This document shows, in pieces, positions 48,101-56,727 of a stretch of DNA of 64,000 nt. The notes beneath the pieces were generated by a model. That model saw nothing but the letters and a program-made list of their open reading frames with translations, was not told where the DNA came from and made no database searches. Source of the DNA: a virus. The stretch is from positions 28,727 to 92,726 of IMG/VR virus record IMGVR_UViG_3300005077_000936; one strand, 5' to 3'. The position numbers and the translations under genes were made by a program. Position 1 is the stretch's first letter. Every line of letters begins with the position of its first letter.

Positions 48101-51100
48101 TATTTTCTTTTCTGTAGTATCTCCCTTGACATCCACATTGGGAGTATATACTATCATATCAATGAACTTCTTGAAATCAGCAACATTTGTCTCAGTATCG
48201 AGTGCAATATTATTCTTTGTGATTTCCCTGATGTTCTTTGCTACCTCAGCAAGTGTTTCTCTTGGTATATTATCTCCCCTGAGCAGATCAACATATGTCA
48301 TTACTGCCCAATAAAGAGTGTTCTGCATATCTTCACTGATAGTATGAGAGTTGGCAAATGGATATGCTTTGTACAAAGGCTGGATACCCCTGCTTACCAT
48401 TTTTCCATCTACCTCTTCAAATATCTCTCTTGCCCCTACTTGTCTCAGTTCATAGGGTAAGCCATTAAACAGTGGCTTGGAGTTTACTATCTGTGATTCT
48501 CTTACAGGAGTCTGACCTTTTATATAATAAGTCTTTCCTGATTTCTTTACTATGATTATACTATTAGGATCACCTTCAGAAATTTTTATGCTTCCCATAT
48601 TGGGAATTTGATTTAAGTCAGTATGCCCTTCTGATTTTGCAGTAATCTTAACAGTAAGAATTCTGTCCTTACTGTTAAATACACTGTTACGAAGATTTCT
48701 ATGACTTGCAGCACTTCTCTCAACATAAGCAGGTGCAACATAATTTGGATTTATCCTGTCAAGGTCATAGATGATAGCAAGTTTATTTCCTTCCTTGTCA
48801 ATTACCATCATTGGGACTTTATCCCTGTATTCTCTTGAATTTTCATCAAGAGGGGGAAGACCTTTAGATTCTCTGTCCTTATTAGTTGTCTCAAGCCATT
48901 CCCTAAATGTAGTGGCTTTTCCTTTTACTCCTGTCTTAGAGTAGAAGTTCACAGGCATATCCATGAACTCTTCAGGAATAATGACATTAAGTTCTGATCC
49001 TACATAATATCTTGAAGGATCATTAAGCATTTGTTGATCAGGAACAAATTGACTTTCAGTAAGTTTATCATCAAGTACAACAAATTTTACTCTTCCATTT
49101 TCATCTGTTTCCTGAACTACCTGAAATGTCTGATATCCAAGTACTACACCCCCAACAGCAAGTTTATCCTCTGTTGAGCCTGTAAGAGGAACATCAGGAT
49201 TTTCAGTTATCTTTAAATCCTCAGGAGTAATTTCATCATCATACTCTGTAGCAAGATCATCTTTAAGTTCCTGTGCTGCTTTCTTACTTAGTTCATCCTG
49301 CTCTGCAATATTAAGAGTAGAGAGAGAATTTGCAACTTCCTTTATGGAAGCAATAGGACTGCTCTTGAAGATATTATTGAATACCTTATCTGAATTAAGC
49401 TGGAGCTCTTTCCATCCTTCAAGCTGTGCATATATCCATCCCTTCTTGAGAAGTTCAAAATGGTTCTCTGCTTCACTCATACTTGTCTCTACTGCATATG
49501 CCCTTACAAGGTCATCAAAGGTTGGGTTCTTTTTCTTTTCCTTAAGATCAGCATAGAGTGTTGATACAGCATTACTTAACTTCTCCTTCATTTCATCAGG
49601 AAGGTCAGCAGGTACTTCCATTGGATCTTCAGACATATTATCCCATGTATCCAATCCTTCTTCAATTGTTCTCTGTATTGCTTCCTGTATGTCATTAACA
49701 GCTTCTTTTACATCAGGACTTTCCTGAGTAAAGGTATTCTCAACAGCAATAGACTTGCTTTCCGGTTCAGCAGGAATATTTGCTTTTTTTAATAAGTTCT
49801 CTACTGCCTCTACAAACTCAGGATTTGTTCCTTCCTTTTTTGCAGCATTATATTCCACTGCAAGATCAGTAAAAGATGTACTGCCTTTTTGTTTATATTC
49901 AGGCATATCCTTTATATAATCAAAAAGTTGAAATAATTCTCCAATAATGGGGGACTGGGAAGAACTATCTTTCTTCCAGTTATTATTGCGTATATTTATT
50001 AATGCAGCAGCAACAGGATCCATCTGTGTTTTCTCAGCTGGAACTTCAGGTTCAATAAAGTCTCTCTCTGCTTTCTGCTTTTTTATTGCTTCATCAAGTC
50101 TTTCATCCTCTTCTATTTCAGCAATTTCTTTTGCTATCTCTTTCTCTTTCTGAATATTTTCCTTAATGGTCTTCTTATCCTTCTCATTAATAAACTTGCC
50201 TATTATTCCATCATTAAGAGTTTCATCAAACTTTTCAAGATAGAATTCATCAGCAGCTCTCATGTAATCATCAGCAGATTCATTTGTCTCCTTCATTCTT
50301 CTTTTTTCATACTTAGCCATCTTAGAATAGAATGTCTTGACAGCCCTTGTACTCATCTGCTGCTTTAAGGATGTCATTTCTGAGTAATCCCTCTTAAGGT
50401 CAGCAAGCTGTTTGGAAGCAACCTTGATAGCATTTTTCTTTGCACGATACCTTTTTACAGTTTCAATTGCAGTAATTTGTGCTATGGCATTGTCATATGC
50501 AGAAGCAAGTTTCCCATCACTTCCTTCATATGGATTCTTAAGGTTATCAATATCCAATTCAGGAAGGTCAGAGATATCCTTGAATGAACCAAGTGTGTTA
50601 TTTATTATCTCAGAGTTGGCAATCTCTTTAAGAGCCTCATCCTTTGCTATATCAATGCCTGTCTCAAGAACACCAATATATTCTCCAAGATAGTGTTGAT
50701 TAACAAGATTGTGATAGGTATCCTGCTGATTTGAATGATTGAGTGTTTTATTGTAAATTTTCTCAAGTGCATTTATTTCTTGTATTGCCTGTCTTGCTGC
50801 ACCCCTTGCTTCATCAGTGAATTTTTCACTGTCAGCAATCTTCTTATAGTTGTTGATTAAATTTTCAGTTGTACCAGAAGCAAAAGCATTATATGCCTGA
50901 TTACTTATGATTTTCTTTGCTTCCTGCTCTGACATATCAGCATATCTCTGATCTCCTGTTGCCTGATAAAGAGCTTTAAGAATTTTTATTTTCTTAGAAG
51001 ATTCTATAATTCCCTTTACGCTATTATCCATGGACATAATCTTCTCAACATTCTCAGCAGCAGCATTTCCAATTTCATTCTGAATTTCAATAACTTTCTG

Positions 51101-52819
51101 CTGTTCTTCATATTGAGTAAGCCTTCTGTTATAGGTAGTCCTTGATGTTACTGTTGCCTGACTATGCCCACCAACAAATCCCCATGCTCCATCTTCAAAT
51201 CCATTCTTTGAAGCAATATATCCCAGTGCATCATTTATGCTATAGCCTTCTCCCTTTGCTTCTGCAATACCAGCATTAGTAGCAATGCTATTTATATTCT
51301 CTTCAAAGTATTCTGAAATACCTGCTTTTACAGATTGCTTTGCTTGCCATTTAGTAGGTTTGGTAAGAAGGTTTCTTGCAGGAAGCATTCCTTCAGTGAA
51401 GAACTTTGACTGGTAAGTTTCAAGAAGAATATTGACACCATTAACATTAAGGGCAGTTGAATATGCTGAGAGAGCAGATTTCTTTATCTGCTCTTCAAGT
51501 AAAGGATTTCCATTATTCTTAAGCCAATTTTTACGGTACTCTTTCTTTGCCCTCTCTACTATGTAGTCAAGAGTAGTGGTATTAATCCTGAACTCATTTG
51601 ATATGGATACATCATTTGCCACACCATTAGCATAAGCTTCCATTTCAACTTTATCTTCTTGGCTCATGGCTTTATCCACTAACTGATTAAATGACTCATC
51701 ATAAGCCATTCTTGCCTGCATTTCTGATTCACCATTAGTAAGGGCAACATTCATTGATGCCCTTGAAATAATAGTGGCAGGCTTTGAACCAGCAATTCCG
51801 GGAGCAAGTTTGGAAAACATACTGAAAGGAGAAGCTACTGCTTTTCCTGTTATAATTGAAGCAGCAATACTTGATCCCAATTCAACACTACCATTGAGGA
51901 GATAATCAGCAGTTTCAGATCCTGTTTGCACAGGTGGGACATATTCTTTTGCCATATCAATTCTGTCAGCAAGCCAAGTAAGTCCTTCAGAAAGATATGT
52001 ATCATCTGTCATATCCTGATTTCTGTCAAACCATTCCTTTACAGGGGTAAGTCCCGGAATTGTTGTCTTATTGGGATTCTGCTGTGATACCCGATTAAAT
52101 TCTCTTGTATAGTCAATATACTCCTGCTCAATTCTTTCTCTTTCTTTTGGATCACCTGCTGCAAGAACTTTCCTCATTGTAGTGCTGACAATATCATTGT
52201 CAGATGGAAGACCCATACTCTGCCTTACAGAATGCTCTGTAGGATTAAGCACATCAAGAACTGCTGCTATATTATGCCAGTCAATCTTATCACCAATATA
52301 CATACTATCTTCAAGTTCAGAAAGAGCATGAAGATTATGTACAAGAAAGCTTGTAGTACCAAGAAGAAACCTTCCCCTCATCCTGTCATAATTGTCTGAC
52401 ATTTTTGTGGGCTTATAGGAATATCCCTCTGCTGCCTTTTCCTTTTCTCCTGTTGGATCAATAATTCCTTCAATGGGAGTTTCAATTATCTTTGGAAGAT
52501 TGAGGGTAATCAAACCAAGAGCAATATCTTCAACTCTTCTGAGAATAATATCCCACTGCATACTTCTTTCTGATGCATCCTTAACAGCAGAGATTTGCTT
52601 GATCTGTTTCTTTACTTGCTCTACCTGAGCCTCTTCCTGCTTTGATTCCTTCTCTTTTATTTTCTCTACAATAGGCTTCTTTACAGGAGTGGCAACAATC
52701 TCTTGGTATTCATTCTCAGGAAGATTGGTATAAAATGGATTACCTTCCTGTGATTTACCAGTACTTGTTATCTCTCTTGAGGGAACTGAAACATTAGGAT
52801 CAAAGACTTGCTTTCCCAT
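39113..52819 (-). CDS. virion-packaged RNA polymerase (crAss type, double-psi beta-barrel), 4,568 aa, with C-terminal zincin-like domain
   Basis: Catalytic DYDIDK at 42839-42856, preceded by FRIPT; GTQTTKL and KYPGYSYV motifs; REVIH...EFVE near the C-terminus. Confidence 0.88.
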   Translation of the reverse strand: MGKQVFDPNVSVPSREITSTGKSQEGNPFYTNLPENEYQEIVATPVKKPIVEKIKEKESKQEEAQVEQVKKQIKQISAVKDASERSMQWDIILRRVEDIALGLITLNLPKIIETPIEGIIDPTGEKEKAAEGYSYKPTKMSDNYDRMRGRFLLGTTSFLVHNLHALSELEDSMYIGDKIDWHNIAAVLDVLNPTEHSVRQSMGLPSDNDIVSTTMRKVLAAGDPKERERIEQEYIDYTREFNRVSQQNPNKTTIPGLTPVKEWFDRNQDMTDDTYLSEGLTWLADRIDMAKEYVPPVQTGSETADYLLNGSVELGSSIAASIITGKAVASPFSMFSKLAPGIAGSKPATIISRASMNVALTNGESEMQARMAYDESFNQLVDKAMSQEDKVEMEAYANGVANDVSISNEFRINTTTLDYIVERAKKEYRKNWLKNNGNPLLEEQIKKSALSAYSTALNVNGVNILLETYQSKFFTEGMLPARNLLTKPTKWQAKQSVKAGISEYFEENINSIATNAGIAEAKGEGYSINDALGYIASKNGFEDGAWGFVGGHSQATVTSRTTYNRRLTQYEEQQKVIEIQNEIGNAAAENVEKIMSMDNSVKGIIESSKKIKILKALYQATGDQRYADMSEQEAKKIISNQAYNAFASGTTENLINNYKKIADSEKFTDEARGAARQAIQEINALEKIYNKTLNHSNQQDTYHNLVNQHYLGEYIGVLETGIDIAKDEALKEIANSEIINNTLGSFKDISDLPELDIDNLKNPYEGSDGKLASAYDNAIAQITAIETVKRYRAKKNAIKVASKQLADLKRDYSEMTSLKQQMSTRAVKTFYSKMAKYEKRRMKETNESADDYMRAADEFYLEKFDETLNDGIIGKFINEKDKKTIKENIQKEKEIAKEIAEIEEDERLDEAIKKQKAERDFIEPEVPAEKTQMDPVAAALINIRNNNWKKDSSSQSPIIGELFQLFDYIKDMPEYKQKGSTSFTDLAVEYNAAKKEGTNPEFVEAVENLLKKANIPAEPESKSIAVENTFTQESPDVKEAVNDIQEAIQRTIEEGLDTWDNMSEDPMEVPADLPDEMKEKLSNAVSTLYADLKEKKKNPTFDDLVRAYAVETSMSEAENHFELLKKGWIYAQLEGWKELQLNSDKVFNNIFKSSPIASIKEVANSLSTLNIAEQDELSKKAAQELKDDLATEYDDEITPEDLKITENPDVPLTGSTEDKLAVGGVVLGYQTFQVVQETDENGRVKFVVLDDKLTESQFVPDQQMLNDPSRYYVGSELNVIIPEEFMDMPVNFYSKTGVKGKATTFREWLETTNKDRESKGLPPLDENSREYRDKVPMMVIDKEGNKLAIIYDLDRINPNYVAPAYVERSAASHRNLRNSVFNSKDRILTVKITAKSEGHTDLNQIPNMGSIKISEGDPNSIIIVKKSGKTYYIKGQTPVRESQIVNSKPLFNGLPYELRQVGAREIFEEVDGKMVSRGIQPLYKAYPFANSHTISEDMQNTLYWAVMTYVDLLRGDNIPRETLAEVAKNIREITKNNIALDTETNVADFKKFIDMIVYTPNVDVKGDTTEKKIESMLSMMARSMTVNSGSRAVLFVQDGYVVAGTIYAPVVNSNDKSSYGPAVEEAVAKTLQSFKYIHPSDNADVKADFASFFRSILPTYINNVSISAMLTNSPVPVFDADGAVKNSYSSYDDYVRDNGRTNLKTIEIPINDNGTQKVIHATNYQYRIEVQPVNNPSVTDSEVAKATSEKEVSPSTAKKVADKISDQTPLTTNDEAIQNLAPEAVNNEIRDTQPKEGEQLFPFKGRMLTKQQIIEEIEKDKEALKYTKIFKKKEDSNESQDPLELTEGQINTLILSIDGIQGLPIHHQYQIINYIFNQASKIIGSTKNITISEKELLAAIRAQYELVVNSMKENTRATLASYEELRQVDPSLVDQEVIEGLEIQQEKLQIVDDNWSYFEEKALKMMKKFMNLKKQDYANNEDADNESEGEERYIEENTETEKGFTLTAEEINAKDTVSSDIKRFCQGIEEVNTNGAVRRGIFNLPIYVGYDVVSNTTLSILADTGASYSEMVKTLELFKHAYPWIKGLLEKLEDSSESLKNEFVSAMCKHALGMEFVMYSKTKSGRYVLNIYSTNSSAVVQSITTQWRNNIKSSGMMTVDPVDGEYYFSIESLERIMQEYHDLKSKAIPVSIPVGLRDEVAYMFVDYMKRNSSKEDPITEEEILKDMESNTLIFNMTPAGLRALKELTTSPDSKSSVAITKRNGKIYQFSVVNGQVQGKLYREPMPKAQAIQSWLENFGITVSLDTIGEILERGFKYDSSSPRQKNLFQGEERGKGEGTPGLLGTLYKTVANIHQQIKSSKDGKVRYDEEIEGTGVLGQTIIKSLASMESKRTSHSTIASFRDNKKTLYGYTATKYITDRENALKKQRDGKSTSRVLDQLLTKSYNNRSLWLRMLKQEAKFRDQFEVIHLGITTIKELGKQLYRDNSLQQLADPDHELVKLGFFMPTGQGTVDCNFYEGGLDFRIAKMFSPTMSDKSTMTVIKTLVLNLREKNMLNFDAVLEYGYDQLVLPDLQRIVSFNQRNKSSRIMNDKGGKYDVGAKLFYTIPSLNSMTFDIEGGKVSLSKMMEKYNVGDIENLKTDNGKTVKQLIKEEVNKYFVSEQQKKLVEWEKMGFIIKEKIKREEGESDESFQNRMDNRKYTTTKFIDHRYLREKSTNTNTAVNIAALDYVINSMVSNNNSYMTFTGDPALYYKRNRNTDPSDFVGTVRDTFTYMGKRLANQIAPGNKIADSDLPSSVYYQVFLADTERVSHRIKYITYALDGKEVTDEEIERYHNAVAIEDNGTVEEILSKYPKSKEFFSIEATNAQEYTTWREHLYILEKMGKMPEAVNNVTADDIKQAAMIFSSEVAWEDLTDKQKVLVQKVMQPMKPVYTGQIEDQENDCMRSVYIKTSSFPLIPQLTAGKEIDKLRKSMEALENDGRGMTVRASYQSGNKVGGLENPLSISDSRGNFIEFDADTMRSNSLVLNRSDFRIQQNIPYKSAYKNEDTSSMGTQTTKLAFGNGVMNLDGFDVDGTSFNGRGLQQMFTHLHSSMITSLRLQLYNEIGIDPKTGDPIAERGGKKAVMQRLSNILKEEALERGYPKQDIDALGIDPETGNFNLPLWLSPNSNRYEALLNSIISHRIVKIKYPGYSYVIGSENGFKLSYDISDAEVSMDQVVYTSNFDHSVGELKGNQVFIPCKIRVDGKLIDITSDEYSYRDPSTGRLTLREDKISTNLLSIPSFRIPTSKHGSMEKIEIAGFLPVGSADLMIVSMDGTVIIGEDYDIDKRYTYHYWTTVENGKIIPLNKSKDFAIESLTTENIELREKKIDQMIAEKRKDSQYLRRALKKHSKLTRELNSLLDEMDLSDEAITTITDDDVRIQEINKELDRLNVEEIGERLGRITKEINELKKVKIKLIQNDIISIHLSVFSHPEVQKKMLQKVTVEEARKDAEFLEEIEKEKNEDMYFTPVSDMYQRGKVIAGAIGKNGTAAYSLDVVSHSLFEQSANLGNVISLRDKTPEGEEIPFTVKFGSFESTGELGRIKTLGKNGKDGERDIAELHSERQNLMVDNESEQIAIRIHLNNYTMPVDKVLNFLGFDQDYEGKNDSGEKRSISFMFISQPIIKEFVKMMEEKSSNVAEYDPNKRKKVIEELIKKYGTPDPATDYDSKMTVNYMVEQIRAKEDELDMAFQSAVLLKFDKLADYAKQITNVQTTLNVDSKGIGKNLLEVLEKIETVKNLPENALVRNADKLIGEYYRTTAKLNSNEVLAKMREGFIVIDSYPDPQGRGVPEKLLIKPTTIAGNFTIQGLSSAKGIWGPYFPYTFGDVRAVMEEIKQYTSSGDISETKKVEIKQEIINEMKKYLYTDNYIGMATLTPRQERYRLYIDETESIRSEVDGKIVKTTNITKRSLASYMRDVLMNPKNRTPELDDFIKQNRLLQRLKFVVNTNGEASLIQFDNSSAENFDEEYLYNSIIEMIEANIPLPNFNKKPYSTLQLAQDLVLYEYMGSAVQEAIEFIKYIPVAYLKILGINNITGENGRSFVERDVLGVRDNEVSTFGMQFVQHHPSQVKRLTVEDILASNPENFTFKSVSPAINDNQIVVNNLNSLMKFQYDSDEMFLSIYNDKLPKGQNKFQLYIYDAKEECYVRIPVLGTFGMSEYSTGSRMTSLVNQTKIVYPSFSSVTNEDYTAPVEKRELSIPDDKFDLLSGDITKIVDNIAKMDSPMGRLAKKLFLITPKVKFSIKAIPSKGRYVKGDGITINPSVVLNSKNPEEIATVIMREVIHSIADDVLIKYTSENVLPTGERKLVLKPEAPQYIRNIVDLFLQAREKLDVNGELSQLIRKKQRDPHVALESGREIEIIYGGYNIREFVERMMTSPSFQKEMAQHTYKSSDTTLLERFWGVIKDMLHEIMDLTGLDYSKDSITVNTIANIFELIENVGDVEYTSNEELNQQTINKANALIDDLGIGITGEEETAHPDIDIDSETLGEEFFNNPLPPPSQDPLEKVRNFEKLSSVVSSLVEKGIITIKC

Positions 52820-52821
52820 TA

Positions 52822-55224
52822 CTATTTAATATTATCAGCGTTAATATCTTTCTTTATAGCTTCATATGTCAGATCTCTTACCTGTTGATCTGTTAATTCT
52901 CCAACCCATTTACCATAAATATTTACAGCTTTGGTTGCAGGATCATATATAACACTTGGTGAAACTGTATAGAACATCTGAGGACTATCAACTTTCCTAT
53001 CTTTTGCTGCCCTTGTTACACCAGTATATTCAGCATCAGCCTGTATTACTTCATTTTCAAGTATTGCTTTTGGTGATGTGTTAGCTATAAAGTTATTAAG
53101 TTCCTTTGATTGTGCCATACCAGCAGGAAGAAAAACAGTAATGGATGAGTTAGCAGGATACGTTATGACTTTATTTTCCATTTTTCCTGTCTTCGGATTC
53201 TTTACTGCCTTCTTTACAGTAACTTCCTTTGTACTTGGTATTCTTAGAGCAAAGTTATTATTTATTTCATATCTCTTTCCATCACTTCCCTGTACTGAAT
53301 ACTTATTTCTCACAAGTGATACTTGACTTACATCTGATACAGGTTTATTTGACCATGATGCATCCTTTGCTGCCTTTCCACCTTTAAATGTTTCCCTTAT
53401 TGTATTCTGTGCTCCACCAGTGGTTATAGTAACATCAAGCTTTAAGTTATCAGCATTGTCCTGCCATGTTTCAAGAAAGTTTCTTGGATCTGCTCTCAGT
53501 TCCTGCATTGTCATCATTCTATATTCAATCTTTCCTCTTCCATCAGATATCTGTACAAGAAACTGATCACCCCAGTTTGCTGGATTTGCAAACCATTTCT
53601 CAGCACCTTTAACTGCTTTATATCCTTCTCTTTGTTCCTGAGGAGTAAGTGCATATCCTCCTGTTGTTGATGCAACATTCACAGGAGTAACTGCATATCC
53701 CTTATTAAGAAGTATGGCATTTATTTCTGCTTTTACCTGATCAGGGGTTGCATTCAAACCAAGTTTATTTCTTGCTATTGTTTTAAGTGCATCATACTGA
53801 TTTTGAAGATTACTTGCCTTCCTTAATGCTTCCTGATTTGCAAATACTACTTTGTCAAGAGCATCTGACTTTATTCCATTATTATTCAGATAATCATGAA
53901 GAGGTTTCATATCTCCTTCTTCTGCTTTCTGGTAAAGAGTAAGAACATCATCCTGCATTTTGTTAAAGTCTCTTCTTCTATTTTTATTGACTGGACTAAG
54001 TGCCATCATTTCAATTGCATTCTTTGCATATTGAAGAACAGTAGGAAGAGTAGTTTTTACAGAACTCTTTAACTGGTTTATTTCACCTATATATCTTGCA
54101 GCAGGAGTTACTGTTGTTCCTGTAGATGGAACATATGCATAATTGGTAAAAGCAAAGTTGGATACATTTGCAGTTCCAAGAACAGGATCAATGATTACTC
54201 CATCATTAGTGGTTTTATCATGATAGGTATAAGGATTCTCCTTTACTCTCTTATAACTTTCAAGCTGATTATCTCTGACAAAAGCACCTGCTATACTTTC
54301 CATTGCTTGTCCTATCTTACTTGCAGGATTCCAACCCGTGTAGTATTGCTCAGTTATATTTCCATCAGCATCCTTTACTGATACTGTTAAGTCATGTTTC
54401 TTTGCCAGCTCTTCATCAATCCAGTAAGGAATAAGTTCATTACTTCCTTTTGTAAAAGTATATCCTGACTGTGCACCTATCATTCCCCTTTGTTTTGCAT
54501 AACCAAGATAAGCATCATCAGCATTAAGCATTCCAAGAAGTTTTTCATTAATCTCCCTAATTGTGAGTTTTTCAGTTTTTCCACCATGTTCAATAATATA
54601 CATTGCATCCTGTCCTGTTCCACCAACATATGATTCAGCATTTATCTGAGGTTTAATCTTATCTGCAAATTCAATGTAAGGTTTAAGAAAATCCTTATAA
54701 GGAACAAGGTATTCATCTTTCCATTGATTATAGTCTTGTGTGGCAGGATCCCATCCAATTTCACCAAGATCTCCTAACAGTTGTTTTCTCAAGAAGGGAA
54801 TACTTTCAGGATCATCTATCTTTCCACTTTTTACAAGTTCCTTCTGAGTCTTATCCCATTCTGCCAAACCAGTATTTCTTGCAAGAATTGCTGCTGCTTC
54901 CCCTGTAGTCCATTCCTTTTGTACTCTTCTTGAAAGTCCAAGTATATCACCACTCTTTCTTCTAAATGCCAAAGGGTCTTTTTGAAGTTCTCCAGCAAGT
55001 TCATTAATCCTTGCTTCATATTCAGCAAGTATTTCCTTTGCCCTTTTTCTATCCTGTGGAACATTTGTAGAAAGAGAAAGCTTACCTGCAAGTTCCATTA
55101 AAGCAGCCTGATTCTGACTAATATCTTCAGATGCCTGTTGAGTAGCTTTATACATAAGCTCTTGGGGCATCTTATAGGTATAGTCAATGTCCTTTATCGT
55201 AGATGTTTTAAAGTATCTTCCCAT
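52822..55224 (-). CDS. virion cargo/structural protein
   Basis: 800 aa, between the vRNAP and the 498-aa cargo gene. Confidence 0.6.
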   Translation of the reverse strand: MGRYFKTSTIKDIDYTYKMPQELMYKATQQASEDISQNQAALMELAGKLSLSTNVPQDRKRAKEILAEYEARINELAGELQKDPLAFRRKSGDILGLSRRVQKEWTTGEAAAILARNTGLAEWDKTQKELVKSGKIDDPESIPFLRKQLLGDLGEIGWDPATQDYNQWKDEYLVPYKDFLKPYIEFADKIKPQINAESYVGGTGQDAMYIIEHGGKTEKLTIREINEKLLGMLNADDAYLGYAKQRGMIGAQSGYTFTKGSNELIPYWIDEELAKKHDLTVSVKDADGNITEQYYTGWNPASKIGQAMESIAGAFVRDNQLESYKRVKENPYTYHDKTTNDGVIIDPVLGTANVSNFAFTNYAYVPSTGTTVTPAARYIGEINQLKSSVKTTLPTVLQYAKNAIEMMALSPVNKNRRRDFNKMQDDVLTLYQKAEEGDMKPLHDYLNNNGIKSDALDKVVFANQEALRKASNLQNQYDALKTIARNKLGLNATPDQVKAEINAILLNKGYAVTPVNVASTTGGYALTPQEQREGYKAVKGAEKWFANPANWGDQFLVQISDGRGKIEYRMMTMQELRADPRNFLETWQDNADNLKLDVTITTGGAQNTIRETFKGGKAAKDASWSNKPVSDVSQVSLVRNKYSVQGSDGKRYEINNNFALRIPSTKEVTVKKAVKNPKTGKMENKVITYPANSSITVFLPAGMAQSKELNNFIANTSPKAILENEVIQADAEYTGVTRAAKDRKVDSPQMFYTVSPSVIYDPATKAVNIYGKWVGELTDQQVRDLTYEAIKKDINADNIK

Positions 55225-55227
55225 AGC

Positions 55228-56724
55228 TTATTTTTTTACAGGTCTGTTAAATGCATCATACTCCCAACCTTCTGGTAAGTCAGGAAGTTCAGAAGAAGAA
55301 AACATATCAAATCCTTCAGATGACTTAGGAGCATAAAGCTCATATCCATTAGAAGTTTTCCTGTATCCTACTCCCCACTTGTTAGTGTCTTTAAGAGTAT
55401 TAAGAAAGTCATTGTTCTGTTTGGATTCATTCATCATCTTGGCAACATTCATAAATCCTTCAGTCATAGTGGCAAGATTCTGACCCCTATTGGTATAGAA
55501 GTTATCACTTCTTGCTTCAATGATTTCATCATTCTTCTCTGCTCCTGCCCTTTCAAGCTTATCTTGTTCAGAAAGAAGTCCCATTCTCTGACCTATAAGG
55601 TTAAGTCTTTGACTGCCAAATGTTGACTCAAGCTGATTGTTGCTTGATATTTTTGCTTCATTGGTAACTATATCAGTACCAAGGTCAAGAGCTCTTAAAG
55701 AGTTAATGGATGATGCACTTTTTCTTGCTCTTTCTCTTGCTGTATTAGCAGAGATATTAAGCTTCCTTTCCATTTCTCTTTGAGAAACATTCTTTAAATA
55801 TGCAGTTTCATCAATGGCTTTTGAATTCTCTTCAAGTGCTCTTCTGTTAACTCCCATCCAGTAATTTACTACTGGTCTGTTTGCCTTTGCTGCCTGATAA
55901 GTATTTATTAACTGTTCAACTCCACCTATTGCCTGAGCAGCAAGCCCTACATAGTTTCCCCAAGGAACCTGACTGCCACCTCCACTGCCACCTCCACTTT
56001 CTGGTAAGGAAGAGTCACCTGCTACTGCATTATCAAGATCTGTTTCTGTCCATGTAGAAGTAGGAAGATTATCCATTGGATCTGTCAGTGCTCCTTCAAG
56101 TTGAAGTCCTTTAAGTGCATGCGTTGGCTGAGTTACTGTTTCAGGATTAGGAAGTTCTCCAATATCAGTACCAGTCTGATATTTAGGAAGATATTTTTGT
56201 GCAAATGATCTTAATCCTTGATTGTAATAATTACTAACTAATGCTCCTTCTGCAATAGGATAAGTATCAAATGGAATATCATCTACATAAGGTTCATCTT
56301 TTAAGAGTCCATCTCCTCCTGTTCCATACTGAGCATATTGTCTTTCAGTTTGAGCATACTTCTGCATTCCCTTTATCATTTCCTGAACTTTCAGGTCATG
56401 CTCTTCAAGAGCTTTAAGGAAAGCAATAGTTCTCATTGCAGTATTCTTTGAGAAGGTATTAGGATTTTTCTTAAAGTTATCCACAACTTCTTCATATCTC
56501 TCTCCTCTGCTGTTCATCCTTTCTGCAATGGTATAACCTTTTATCGTGATATCCTTGCTCCCAATGATTGTTCCCTCAGGTAAAGTTGTATCAATACCTC
56601 CCTGCTCATGAGAAGGCCCCTGAACCATCTGTGCAGTACCATTAGGAAATTGAAGATATTCACCACCTTCAATTTCAACAGGAACACCTTCTGAACCTGT
56701 TCCAAGTGTATATTTTTTTCTCAT
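55228..56724 (-). CDS. virion cargo protein
   Basis: EIEGGE...GPSHEQGG motif, Gly/Ser linker, hydrophobic helix, coiled coil. Confidence 0.6.
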   Translation of the reverse strand: MRKKYTLGTGSEGVPVEIEGGEYLQFPNGTAQMVQGPSHEQGGIDTTLPEGTIIGSKDITIKGYTIAERMNSRGERYEEVVDNFKKNPNTFSKNTAMRTIAFLKALEEHDLKVQEMIKGMQKYAQTERQYAQYGTGGDGLLKDEPYVDDIPFDTYPIAEGALVSNYYNQGLRSFAQKYLPKYQTGTDIGELPNPETVTQPTHALKGLQLEGALTDPMDNLPTSTWTETDLDNAVAGDSSLPESGGGSGGGSQVPWGNYVGLAAQAIGGVEQLINTYQAAKANRPVVNYWMGVNRRALEENSKAIDETAYLKNVSQREMERKLNISANTARERARKSASSINSLRALDLGTDIVTNEAKISSNNQLESTFGSQRLNLIGQRMGLLSEQDKLERAGAEKNDEIIEARSDNFYTNRGQNLATMTEGFMNVAKMMNESKQNNDFLNTLKDTNKWGVGYRKTSNGYELYAPKSSEGFDMFSSSELPDLPEGWEYDAFNRPVKK

Positions 56725-56727
56725 GAC

